Source: Octopus vulgaris (taxonomy: Eukaryota). Taken from it: a DNA stretch of 64,000 nucleotides. The notes below the pieces were generated by a model. That model saw only the letters and a program-made list of their open reading frames with translations. It was not told where the DNA came from and made no database searches. Location of the stretch: NCBI GenBank assembly GCA_951406725.2, contig OX597839.1:28458001-28522000 (forward strand), written 5' to 3'. The first letter of the stretch is position 1. Every line of letters begins with the position of its first letter. Of this stretch, positions 39,634 to 52,573 are shown one piece after another. A program made the translations under genes and the position numbers.

Positions 39634-41687
39634 TATCATAAGTTGAAGACGGGAAGGATGGCTTCCCTTTGCAAATACTGATAGGACACAGAAAGTGTGT
39701 CTATAGCCAGCTGGAGGAGGTGTCCTCCTGGGGCTACAAACTACAGTAGCATCCACCCTTAGGGGTTAGCCGTATTCAAATGGCAAATATACGTCACGAT
39801 GTGTTGCTGCTACTGTTTATAACTCGCTCTGAGATTTATCATTATATATATATACATTGATATATAAAAAGCACGATTTATTTGTGATCGGAGGTGTTTG
39901 TAAACCGGGATACTACTGTATTAAATGAATATGAGAAAAACAGGAGATAAAGCACGATTTATTCGTGATCAGAGTGGTTCAAGAACCGAGGTACTTCTGT
40001 ATATATAAATATGTAAAGGATAAAATTATTAAAGATAATAATATATACCAGTGGCCAGCATGCATAAAAAATTGCCCATAGACCATAAAGTATTTTTATA
40101 TATATACATAGTGGTTAGAGCAGCGGACTTGCGGTCGTAGGATCGCGGTTTCGATTCCCAGACCAGGCGTTGTGAGTGTTTATTGAGCGAAAACACCTAA
40201 AGCTCCACGAGGCTCCGGCAGGGGATGGTGGTGATCCCTGCTGTACTCTTTCGCCACAACTTTCTCTCACTCTTTCTTCTGTTGGCCGGCTTGCTTAGCC
40301 AGCGGGGTGGCATCACTTGAAAGCTAAAACAATGCAAAGCGCATTGTGATCAGCGATGTGTAACAACATCTGATGGCTTGGTCGGTCACAGTGGTATATA
40401 TATATACACACACACTTCTATATGAGCATGTATACATACATGCATACGAATATAAAATGATTATTTGTATCACAAGTATTTTAATGTTACATCATATCCT
40501 CGGTTGCCTAAATAACTTCAACAGCCTCCCCTCCATCTCATTACAAATTACAGTAAAATTAAATATAACAGCAACAAGCAATGAGGAACCACTATGTGGT
40601 CCCTCAAACAGCTAGAAATAGAAGCTAAATCTGCCTTGACACAGTATACATCTTAACTTTATTTTTATTACCAACCCACCTGAGTTTGTTATGTAGGTCT
40701 GTCATAGGCTCTCAGACTCATTGGGGTGGATCCTGACCTGATTTCCATGGGGTATAAGTGACTGGAGCCACAAGCCCACCCCTCTTGATAGGACACCAAT
40801 CTACCACAAGTTCAACTTCCCAGCTGTTGCTGGAATCTATTGACAGCTGAGTAGACTGGAGCAATGTGAAATGAAGGGTTCTGCTCAAAAAATACAATGC
40901 ATTGCCTGGTTCAAGAATTGAAACCCTAATCTTAATGTTCATGATTGCAGCTCCCTAACCCCTTAGCCACATGCCTTCACATCCCCATCTGAAGGAAGGA
41001 CTTATTTGAGAACAGGAAGTTTGTATCACAGAATGCCACAGAACCAGGAGAGGTCATGGGTGGGTTGGTGTGAAAAAGGCTAATAGTGCTGTTTTATCTT
41101 TTACTTGTTTTAGTCATCATGCGACCATGCTGGGGCATTGCTTTGAAGACTTTGAGGAATAAAGTTAAGTAATATTCCCCGCAGACCAGACATGTTTTCA
41201 TGGAAGACTGGAAATGCAGGACAGCGCTTGCATGGCAGTGACACACATTTACAAATACCACATGATGTCTTGATAGTAACATACACAGGCGTGCATGCGC
41301 AATGGGCTTCTTTCAGTTTTCTATCTACCAAATCCACTGACAAGGTTTTGGTCAGGCCAAGGCTGTAGTAGAAGACTCTTGCCCAAGGTGCCACACAGTG
41401 AGACTGAACCCAGAACCATGTAGTTGGGAAGCAAGCCTCTTGCCACACAGCCAACCCTGCACCTATACATAAATTCTTTTATTCCAGTCATTTGACTGCA
41501 ACCATGCTGGAGCACCGCCTTTAGTTGAGCAAATCGACCCCAGGACTTAATCTTTGTAAGCCTAGTACTTATTCTATCGGTCTCTTTTGCCGAACTGCTA
41601 AGTTACGGGGACATAAGCACACCAATATTGGTTGTCAAGTGATGTCAGTGAGATAAACAGACACACAAATACAAATATCATGTGATA

Positions 41688-41836
41688 TTTGGTTAAACTG
41701 CACCGCAAAATGTGGGAGTAGTTAGGAATCTAAATCGGAGGAGACAGAGTCTCACACACACAACTTCAATTTTATATATAAAGATTCCCAGACCTGTCTC
41801 GATTCAAATAATCCTGAGTCGAAGAATGAATATACA
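41688..41836. repeat. Local copy of 43302-43450 (Helitron 5' end plus ~50 bp of its flank)
   Basis: 149 bp direct repeat at offset 1614, one mismatch seen. Confidence 0.85.
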
Positions 41837-42819
41837 CACATACACACACACACACACACACAACACTATGTATATCTTGACATGTTACGAGGAGTGTGTA
41901 TGTACGAAGATATCCTCCTCAGTTTATCTTGACATGCTATCACCTTACATATCATATACATGACTCCAAAGCTATATCTCAGCATGTCATATTACAAATA
42001 TATTACAAATATATTTCAATGTACACTAACAATAATAATACACAACATATAAACAACAATTAAATATGGCCCAATAAGTTTTCTCTGAACTATTCATTAC
42101 CTTTTAGCTTGGGTTTTTTTGTGAAGAAGGGCCTTTGGAAATAAATGACAGGATGTCGCTCACTCGCTCGCTTATTTAGCATTTTGGTTACGCTACTGGT
42201 AATGATTTGGTGACCGATACCGGATGAATAATTTCTTGGAAAAGAGAGCTCAGGGACACTGACATGCCAAACACCGTAGGGTGAGTGTGTCGCTAGGGTA
42301 GGTGATAAAGGGTCAGAGTGTGACCCCTGGTGTGGTTCTTGTTCAAGTTTCTCTAGGTTCTTTGAATAGCTACACTGGTCAGTCAACAGTGATCAGAACA
42401 ATTCTTGTTGGTCAGTGAAGTAAAATGACAACAATAGAGGGCAATGCCAATGGGGTGGACAGCTGGCTTGTCAAGACCAATTGGACTGGGGTCGATTTGT
42501 TTTGGTCTTTATTGGACCCTTTATTTGTATTTTTTTTTTTTTACTTTCAAAAAATAAATGAATGAATAAATGAAATAAATAAATAAATAAATAAAACAAA
42601 ATTTTGAAATTTTGAAATTTAATAAATTTGTCTCCCATTCATCAGGGTGAGAGTTCACAACATTTGTTTCTTCATCAAATTTACATTTATGAAAAATACA
42701 CCGATCTTATCAGAAAAGTAAGCTGTGAAAGTTCAGGTCAACAATATATTAATATTTCATAAAAAATATCAATATATATAGCCTTTCAGTTGTAATATTT
42801 CTATATTCTGCCTTTTACT

Positions 42820-42870
<51 letters not shown>

Positions 42871-43092
42871 GGATGAATTTATCTTCGTCCTTTAATAGGA
42901 ATTTTTTCCATAGATTTTTTCATGTCTTTTCCTTGTACATTATTTACGAATTTTTAAATCATAAAGGTATGAAAGTATGTAAAGAAATACTTGATATAAG
43001 ACTTAATTGATTAAACAAAGTCCAATAAACTTCATCAAATAATTGAAATGAAGCAGATAGGATGTGAAAATGGATTATCCTTTTATTTGATA

Positions 43093-43398
43093 CTAGCAGT
43101 ATCGCCCGGCGTTGCTCGGGTTTGTAAGGGAAATAACTATATAAGCATTTTAGAGAGTTACTTCCCTTATATAACCCGAGCAAAAATCATTAAAAATGCG
43201 GAAAAATGATGGTAAATTTTTTTTTTAATCGTAGACTCATCATAGACGCGCGCTAATACCCAGAAGGGCTCGATATGAATGACAACTATAAGATACTCGC
43301 TTTTGGTTAAACTGCACCGCAAAATGTGGGAGTAGTTAGGAATCTAAATCGGAGGAGACAGAGTCTCACACACACAACTTCAATTTTATATATAAAGA
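43093..43398 (-). mobile_element. Non-autonomous Helitron (same family, internally shorter)
   Basis: Same termini and hairpin as 713-1227, inserted at an AT dinucleotide. Confidence 0.75.
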
Positions 43399-44463
43399 TT
43401 CCCAGACCTGTCTCGATTCAAATAATCCTGACTCGAAGAATGAATATACAAATACCTAAATAATAATAATGATAACTAAGAAAAAATTCTATGCATATTT
43501 TAAACATTTTTTTGTTTATTTTCCTACGGAAGAGTACAAATTTGACCTTTGTGATGTTCTCTTTATGGAAATCATGGTCCAATTCCCAGAAACAATTGTT
43601 TATAATCCATTTTAACATCCAATCTGCTTCATTTCATTTATTTGATGAAGTTTATTGGAATTTGTTTAATAGATTAAGTCTTATATTGAGTACTCATATA
43701 TATATATAGATATATAGATATATATGTAATGATAAATATATGTTGATATTTCAAGAGAATCAGAAATATATATTTTCACGTGTCAGCAAAAATAATTTGA
43801 ATTTTAGGATTGAAAATATATTTAAAAATTAAATAAATTTTGATGAAAAAGGAAAAGAAAAAGGGCACTGCTATGTTTATAATATATATATATATATACC
43901 CTAATGCAGCTGTAAAACTAAGATTACTGTTTAAGAGGTGCATATAGGAACATCTGTATAGGATACATATTGGATGTCTGGTGAGACTTCCTGGGAATTA
44001 AGGTTGTAAAAATGATAAGCTATGTGCATAGTGGAATAATAATAATAAGAAGAAGAAAATGTTGGCAGCAAAAATAGCAGAGATGGCAAGAAAGATAAAG
44101 ATAAAAAAAAAAAAAAAAGGGACAATGAAAAAGCAAAGAGCTTTATTGTATCTGAGCTGAAGTGCAAAAAACTACCAGCTGCTGATTTGGAAAAGGAATG
44201 AAACAATTGCAGAATAAACTATGGCTACGCTACAGCTAATTAGTGGATCTCGTTAGAAATAGATTACAAAAAATAAAATAGATAAATAAATGTAAAATCC
44301 ATTAATTGTTTCTTTTACTTTTCTGCCACCTTTCAATTCATCTATTTCTTGTTGTTATTCTTCTTGCTGTCTTCCATAACCCTTTAAACATTCAAATTAT
44401 TCTGTCAAATATAATGCTTGCTTATTCACATTGTTTTCAATATTTTAACAATGTGGTTGTTTA

Positions 44464-45210
44464 CCGTAAATCCTCGAGTATAATCCGCATTTTTCCCCAA
44501 AATTTAAAGGTCAAAATCCCTAGTGCGTACCATATACGTACCATTTTGGTTATGCTACTGGTAATGATTTGGTGACCGATATCGGATGAATAATTTCTTG
44601 GAAAAGAGAGCTCAGGGACACTGACATGCCAAACACCGTAGGGTGAGTATGTCGCTAGGGTAGGTGATAAAGGGTCAGAGTGTGACCCCTGGTGTGGTTC
44701 TTGTTCAAGTTTCTCTAGGTTCTTTGAATAGCTACACTGGTCAGTCAACAGTGATCAGAACAATTCTTGTTGGTCAGTGAAGTAAAATGAAAATTATTTT
44801 CTAAGCAATGTCCGAGTCTCTATTTGCTGTCTGGCAATGTTTATTCAGACACATTTTGTGATGTCGGGCGCGAAAATACCTTAAGCTAAGCCTAAAAGCA
44901 ATGAAGTCATAAAAGAATCATCTATAATTTGCAGTAAGCAACATTTATTAAACGTTATTACTGTTATTTCTTTATTTTCTGCAAACAAAATGCACAAAAG
45001 CTACACGTTTGCATTATGTTATATATACAATAATAATAAAGGACGTTACCGTATACATTTTTACAAACCAAGGACGTTATATAGACCTCCTTGACTCAAG
45101 TTAGAGAAGGGATGTGTATTATACACAAATTTTAGGTTTTTAGAGGTACAGCCCCCTAAAAATCCCCTGCGTATTATACTCAAGGGCGGACTATACACGA
45201 GGATTTACGG
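44464..45210. mobile_element. Tc1/mariner-pogo-type non-autonomous DNA transposon carrying a captured 249-bp host fragment
   Basis: TA|CCGTAAATCCTCGAGTATA ... TATACACGAGGATTTACGG|TA terminal inverted repeats with TA flanks; 44542-44790 duplicates 42180-42428. Confidence 0.8.
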
Positions 45211-46201
45211 TATATAGAGTAGGTGTGAGAGGCCAAATCTGGCTGATTTGAATATAAGGAAGGATTGAATAATTGGACCAGATTACTCTGTCAAATATAA
45301 TGATTTATTTATTCATATTGTGTAGAATTAATCATGTATTATTTCAGGGTTTTGAGATTTCAATGATCATTGTATGTTTGTAGAAAGACATTGTAAAGTA
45401 AGTGCAAGAGGCCAGATCTGGCTGTTTTAAACATAAAACAGGTAGACTATTTTGGTCAGACATGGGCAGTTCAAATCAGTGTTTCTCAACCCCCTTTTCC
45501 CTATAGACCCCCTTTGATTTGTATTTTACTCTTTTGGACCCTCATGCACACTGGGTGCTTTAAAAAATAAAATTTATAATTACTATATTTTTATAATTAT
45601 TAGGAATTGTATTAAAAGGAATTGTTAAAATATTTTAATGTATTGCGAAATCAGTTTATTGTACCCAAAAAACTTCAACAACGCAATCGTATATGGATCC
45701 CCAAAGGGCCACGTGGACCCTGGTTGAGAATCACTGATTTAACCCTTTAGAATTCAGATTATTCTGTCAAATATAATGTTTTTTTTTATTCACAGTGATT
45801 GGAATTACTCATGCATTAATCATTTAGCTTTCAAGATTTCAATGGTGTGTTCGTATATATTCTAGAATGACATTGTAGGGTAGGTGTGAGAGGTTGGATG
45901 CGGCCAGTTTGTAGATAAAACAAGTAGAAAATTTGGGCTGGATATGGCCGGATAAAATGCTAAAGGGTTACATGAAATTCAAAATATTCAACCTTTTTGA
46001 ACATGGGAATAGTGTAAGACAGGGAGTTGGATTTCAAGTTAGAAAATGGCTTGGATTTCAAGACAGAAACGGTCAAACCTACAGGTTAGATTTGAAGATG
46101 GGAAGTGGTTTAGAATACTGGTTAGATTTAATACTGGTCAGATTTAAAGTTGGAAATGTTTAGAATATTGGTCAGCCTGGAAACAGAAAATATGTAGAAT
46201 A

Positions 46202-46730
46202 TGAAGTTGGTCTGATCAAAAGGCATCAGGACTGTTGCTGTATTAACAGAGCTAAAATCTGCGGAGCGGAACCACTTGGCACAGGCTGACCTTGAACTCT
46301 GCATTCTAAGTTATAATGTTCTTGCTCACTTCAATTGATTGTAACAAAGCTTGGAAGTAAAGTGTGTTGAGTGTGGTTGTCTCACCACATCACAGAGGTT
46401 CCATCAGTGATTGTGGCAGAGAAAATATGGGGGGGGGGAAGAGACATGGCTTGAAGGTTCTTATGGCCAAGAATCTTTCTGAAAATCAAACCCCACTTGA
46501 AAAGAACAAGATTTCAAGATGTCGAGGAAGTCCAAGAAAATGCAACTAGACAGCTGCTCACTCTCCCTGAAAAAGGAGTTCCAGGAATGCCCCCATCAAT
46601 GGAAATGACCCTGGCTAAAGTATGTGGCTTCAGAAGAGGACAACTTCGAAGGAGATTAAATACCAAATTGATTTATGTTGTAGTTCTCTTTTTATAGCAC
46701 CGGTCCTGATGCTTTTTGACCAGACTTCAC
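46202..46730 (+). mobile_element. Internally deleted mariner element
   Basis: TIRs gaagttggtctgatcaaaaggcatcaggactg / ccggtcctgatgctttttgaccagacttc; mariner transposase C-terminus LKRTRFQDVEEVQENATRQL...NFEGD*. Confidence 0.75.
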
Positions 46731-47339
46731 ATAGGTCAGAGTGGGGATGGATGGGTTACAGTGTGGATCAGATGTGAACGAGGAATTTGTAGCTAGTCAG
46801 AATAATTAATTTTTAAAATGTTTTAGAAATAATTCCTAATAATTAATATGAAATGTTTTGTTTGCATATTCAGTTTGCAAGATTCTTGATGTGAACTTGT
46901 GTGTTGAAACGGGTTTTGTTGAATCTTGGGAGGGTCATAACACAAATGGTGACGAAAGGACTTGGACAAACCCAGCTGATTGATTGACTGAGCGATTAGT
47001 CAGTCAATTATATTGTTAAATGATTAACTTGTCCACAAATAATAAGTGAAATATAACCAGTGTTTGTTTATGATTGGCATAATGGCCCTCCCAAGGCACA
47101 AATTATAAAATGTGCTTTGAAAATAATCCTAAGAATTAATATGAAATATCTAAGCTATATATATAGTAGCCAATAACTTTGAAATACACATACAGTTATT
47201 ACCCAGATCATATCATATATATATATACACACACACACACATATATATATACACAGACACACACACACACACACATACATACATATATATACACACACAC
47301 ACATACACACACACACACACATGTATGTATACACACACA

Positions 47340-47395
<56 letters not shown>

Positions 47396-49609
47396 CCATC
47401 ATCGTTTAGCATCCTCTTTTTGATGGAAGGTTTTACTTTAGACCACTTTGAAACAAAATTTGTATCACAGAACCAAGGGGTGGTTTGGGGTTTGTTGTCA
47501 TCAAAAGGGCTTAAGACCACTGAGGTGCGAAGAAAATTATTGAGGGCATTTAGCACACAGGGAGGACCTGTAGAATACAGGAACCTATGAGAAACAAACA
47601 AAGCTAGAATAAACATAGGTTGTGTTTGTGTTTAGAAAGGCTAAACTGAGCCGAGAGAAGTTGACTGGAGTCAGAAGAAAGGTAGGAGGCAGAATGATAA
47701 GAAGATAACCAGAGTTTGGTTGCAAGGAGATTGGAGATTACTAATACTGGAACATCTTGACATTTCTACCATAAAGTTTGCCACTAGACGAGATGACCTT
47801 AGCCATGCTGTTACTGACCAGTGTATACAGCTCAGAGTAAGGACATTCTGCTTGGCAAGAAGATATCGAAAGAGAAATGAAAAGGATTCTGGGATTTTAG
47901 AGATAAAAGATGTTTCTCTGTACCAAGAGTGTTTTGTTGCTTTGTTGATTAACATAACATCATTGTGTACAAATATTCTTTTACTTGTTTCAGTTATTTG
48001 ACTGCGACCATGCTGGAGCTTTTAGTTGAACAAATTGACCAACCTGTGGCTTTAGGAACTGCCGATAGCCAGTCAGCCAGCAATCTGAGAGAGTACATCC
48101 AGTGACTAGAACTGTTTCTGAACCAGTCTATAAAGAACAAACAGCTGACCTTTGTAAACAGTGGGAGTACTCTTTAACTGACAAAGAGTTTCATTTGTGT
48201 GTGCAGGGCTCAGCTGAAATACTCCCTTACATTTAGCTTGGAAAGGGAGAGGAATCAACAGAATTAACCAGGACCCCTAAATCCTTTACAAAACCAAAGT
48301 ATCCAGGTGGTGGTGCAGTGACTCAGATTTCAAAGACGAAATAAAGGCTTGAATAGTTAAAGACAGGTAGAATAACATTGGGTACAATAAGAAATATATT
48401 TTAATTTACAGCTAATAGACTTTAATGTTACTATGTTACAGCTTGAGATAATACACATACACATATATGCTGCATTTGAGTCATCTTGTGAAACATTCGG
48501 GTATGTTAAGAGGAAGCACCAAGATTCGTTTGACTCAAATGATCTAAACATCTCTCCTCTTTTGCACAAGTGCCACCGTCAGTGGATGTCAAACAAAATT
48601 CCACAAAACGCAACAAAGTTTAAAAGGCCAGAAACACATACACACAAATATACTTTTTCTACTTAAGGCACAAGGCCCGAAATTTGGGGGGAGGGGAGGG
48701 GCCAGTCAATGAGATCGACCCCAATACACAGCTGGTACTTAATTTACCGACACCGAAAGGATGAAAGGCAAAGTCGACCTCAGTGGAACTTGAACTTAGA
48801 ACGTAAAGACAGACGAAATACCGCAAAGCATTTTGCTTGGCATGCTAACCATTCTGCCAGCTGGGCGCCTTTACATGCTCACAAATATAGTAAGACCTTT
48901 ATGTTACAATTAGAACTAAATGCACTAACAGACCTTTATGCCATAGCTAGTAACCTAAAATGGTAACACACTTTTATGCTACATATATATATCCTAATAG
49001 TTTTTTTGCTGTGAAGACATGTGGCAAGACAGGTCTTTATAACATGCCTTGTGTCTCCAAGCCACCTTCAGGCTCTAAACACAGTTTGTTCTACTAATGG
49101 AACAGTAAATTATACACACACACAAACAGTAACACCTTTACGTCACAACAAGTAGCTACAAAACTAACACATTTCAGTGTTACGCACACACAGTGAGTGG
49201 ACAAATGAAAGTGACACCCAACACATTTGGCAAGAGTCCTGTTTATTCTTTTCTACTCTAGGCACAAGGCCCGAAATTTTTGAGGAGGGCAGGGGCAGTC
49301 GATTAGATCGACCCCAGTATGTAACTGGTACTTAATTTATCGACCCCGAAAGGACAAAAGGCAACATCAACCTCAGCAGAATTTGAACTCACAACATAAA
49401 GACAGATGAAATACCATGAAGTTATTCTGCCCAGCATGCTAACGTTTCTGCCAGCTCACCACCTTAAGAGTCAAGTATATTATTCAATAAAAGTTCAATT
49501 ATAGAAGCCTGAACAGCTAACTAAGCTCGTTTTATGAGCCCACGAAACTTTAAGCTACACAGAGCCAAATCAAACTGTTATTAAACTCTATATATATATA
49601 TATATGTTC

Positions 49610-49994
49610 GTGGAGGCACAATGGCCCAGTGGTTAGGGCAGCGGACTCGCGGTCATAGGATCGCGGTTTCGATTCCCAGACCGGGCGTTGTGAGTGTTTA
49701 TTGAGCGAAAACACCTAAAAGCTCCACGAGGCTCCGGCAGGGGATGGTGGTGATCCCTGCTGTACTCTTTCACCACAACTTTCTCTCACTCTTACTTCCT
49801 GTTTCTATTGTACCTGTATTTCAAGGGGCCGGCCTTGTCACTCTCTGTGTCATGCTGAATATCCCTGAGAACTACGTTAAGGGTACACGTGTCTGTGGAG
49901 TGCTCAGCCACTTACACGTTAATTTCACGAGCAGGCTGTTCCGTTGATTCGGATCAACCGGAACCCTCATCGTCGTAACCGACGGAGTGCTTCC
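49610..49994 (+). mobile_element. tRNA-Arg(TCG)-like-head SINE, tail type B
   Basis: ggaggcacaatggcccagtggttagggcagcggacTCGcggtc...ggtttcgattccc; inverted copy at 17437-17817 with TSD acaaaatgtaaata. Confidence 0.8.
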
Positions 49995-50930
49995 CATATA
50001 TATATATATAGTGACAGTATGTGACAGCTAGTAACCAAAGGCAGTCATACAACCTTTCTAGCCCAGTTAAGCAGTTAAATACTGTTAGATGACTCTTGTC
50101 ACAAATAAAGCTAAATATCACATCATAAAACCTAGCAACAGAGATACCAACTCCAAACAACACCAAACTTCTATCACAACACACAGGAACTGATACCGCA
50201 CAGAGTGTACACACGCCATATAATGTACCACAGCATGTATCATTATATATATATTTTTATATATATATATATATATATATACCATTACACTGTAATCTTA
50301 GGTAAGACACAATAAATCCATATGAACTTCACATTACATAACAAATACATTAAATATACAAAAATAGACAAATAAATCTAAAAAATATAACACCAACATA
50401 ATCTGTGAATACAATTCTGTTGTTTGTTTTCTTCATTTTCTCGATAAATCAGAAAGGACGGGGGGGTGGAGGTTGCTGCTTTTTATTATTTTAAAATTAA
50501 ATTTATCCGAGCTAAAATGAAAGAGTGCTTTGTTATATTACAGTTACCATTTTATAGCAGCAGTGAATCATACTACACACACGCACACACACACACACAC
50601 ATTCAAGTTGATATGCAAATACACATGCATACACATACACACACACTCTCTCTCTCTCTCTCTGTTAACTAGTATATATACAGGGCTGGACACATTTAAA
50701 CTGTATTTGCATGCATGTATGTATGCACATACTCTCAGGTGTGCAAACATTTGTGTATGTGTTCACATCTGTGAGAGTGTGTGCATGTGTGTGTGTGTGT
50801 GTATGTATATATATATACATTAGAAAAATATATTATATTTTGTTAAATTTAATTTAGTATTTCTAAATTGAATTTTTCCCTGTAAGTTTGGAATAATATT
50901 TCCTAATATTATTATTATAATTATTATTAT

Positions 50931-50962
<32 letters not shown>

Positions 50963-50965
<3 letters not shown>

Positions 50966-52240
50966 GATGTAACAGATAAATTGGGAGAAATTTCAAACAG
51001 GTATGTTTCTAATTGTATAGATTTTGTTGGAGTCTAAATTTTAAATATTACTAGCTTCAATAATCACTTCTACTATTTTTTTTATTTCTGAATGAACAAA
51101 TTATAAATGTTAATAAAGAATTAAACCGTAGAAATGTAATTGCCAAATTATTCCGCACCGGCAAAAGTGCTGGGGGAGATTGTTAGAGTGACAAAGTATG
51201 CCAAATCTACTGTTTTTAGAGTTGTAGCCAATTTGGTGGAAAGGCAGGATGTTCAGAGAAAGCCTCACGTTCCTCGTAGTGACCGAAGATACACACCTCA
51301 CTTCTTAACAGTACTTAAAAGATCTATTGAGCCAAACTGATCAAAATCAGTGGTGAAGTTGGCTCAAGATTGAGGAATCAGTCAAATGACCATTTCTATG
51401 GCTGTAAGACAAGACTTCCATGTGAAACCGTACATAGGGGGACACCGTAACACCCTAACTACCAAATCCGAATCCATTCAACCAGAAAAAAGTACCAAAC
51501 TTAGCCAACTGAAACATCATGGTGGAGACATTCACATCTTCATGGATGAAAAGAATTTCATGGTAGACGAAGTTGCAAACTGTCAAAACTCATGAGTGAT
51601 AGCGTACGACCCTTCCCAAGTTCCTTCAGCTCTGCATAGCAAGAATCTAGCTTCCGTTATGGCCTTTGGAGCTGTTGCAAGTGATGGGAAATTGATGCCT
51701 CCTCATTTTATTGAAGCGGTTCTTAAAATCAACACAGCAGGGTATCTCAAAACCTTAGAAGTTTTGTTGCTTTGGATTAGGAAGCATTATGATGCAAGTT
51801 GAGTCGTGTTTGTACAGGACTCTGTGCCTGCCCATTCTTCAAAAAGAGTGCAAGAATTTTCGAAGAAGGAATTGCCTATCTTTGTCCCTAAAAAATATCT
51901 GGCCCTCTAGATTGCCAGATTTGAATCCATGTGATTATTGGCTTTGGGGTGCAGTGGAAGCAATATCCAACACAACTCCTCACAACTGTGTTTCAACTGA
52001 AGGCTTCGATCAAGCAAGCATTCAATAAAATGAAAAAGGAAGAAATGGTTGAGGCATCATTTTGTAAACGGCCTCTGAACTGGTCAGGAAAGAGAATGGC
52101 AGTCACATTGAACTGAAATAAGTGCTAAAGACGCCACAATAAACTGGCATAAGCATAAAATTTGCAGTGTTTTATTTTTCCGAGTTATACCAATTATAAT
52201 AAAAATATTTAAAAGGTCCCAATTTACCTGTTACACCCTG
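50963..52240 (+). mobile_element. Degenerate DD37D (maT-family) Tc1/mariner transposon, transposase pseudogene
   Basis: TIRs gaggatgtaacagataaattggga / tcccaatttacctgttacaccctg. Frameshifted transposase with FMDEKNF, VMAFGAVASDG and QDSVPAH...WPSRLPDLNPCDYWLWG; 37 residues between the second and third D after correcting one frameshift. Confidence 0.85.
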
Positions 52241-52242
52241 TT

Positions 52243-52293
<51 letters not shown>

Positions 52294-52413
52294 TGCAGCC
52301 CCTATCAGAATATATATATATTGTGCTTTATAACAGCATTCGAGCATTTTAGCTCTCATTTCTAGCAATATAGGTGTCTTGACACCCTTACCTTAGTCAC
52401 GTTTAGTTGACAA

Positions 52414-52468
<55 letters not shown>

Positions 52469-52536
52469 CGTATGTGTGAGTATCAGTGCATAAGTACGTG
52501 CAGGTGTACATCTGCATTCAGATATGTGTATGCTCA

Positions 52537-52573
<37 letters not shown>

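Noticed and set aside
42195-42265. Possible box C/D snoRNA (ATGATT...CTGA)
   Set aside because: Antisense to the host gene, imperfect C box and no terminal stem
47560-48001. 93-94 aa ORFs on both strands in the RABEP1 intron
   Set aside because: No recognisable motif or compatible splice sites; RABEP1 exons join in frame without it; probably an old LINE remnant
49610-49690. tRNA-Arg-like gene
   Set aside because: It runs directly into SINE body and tail and is multi-copy; a SINE head, not a functional tRNA
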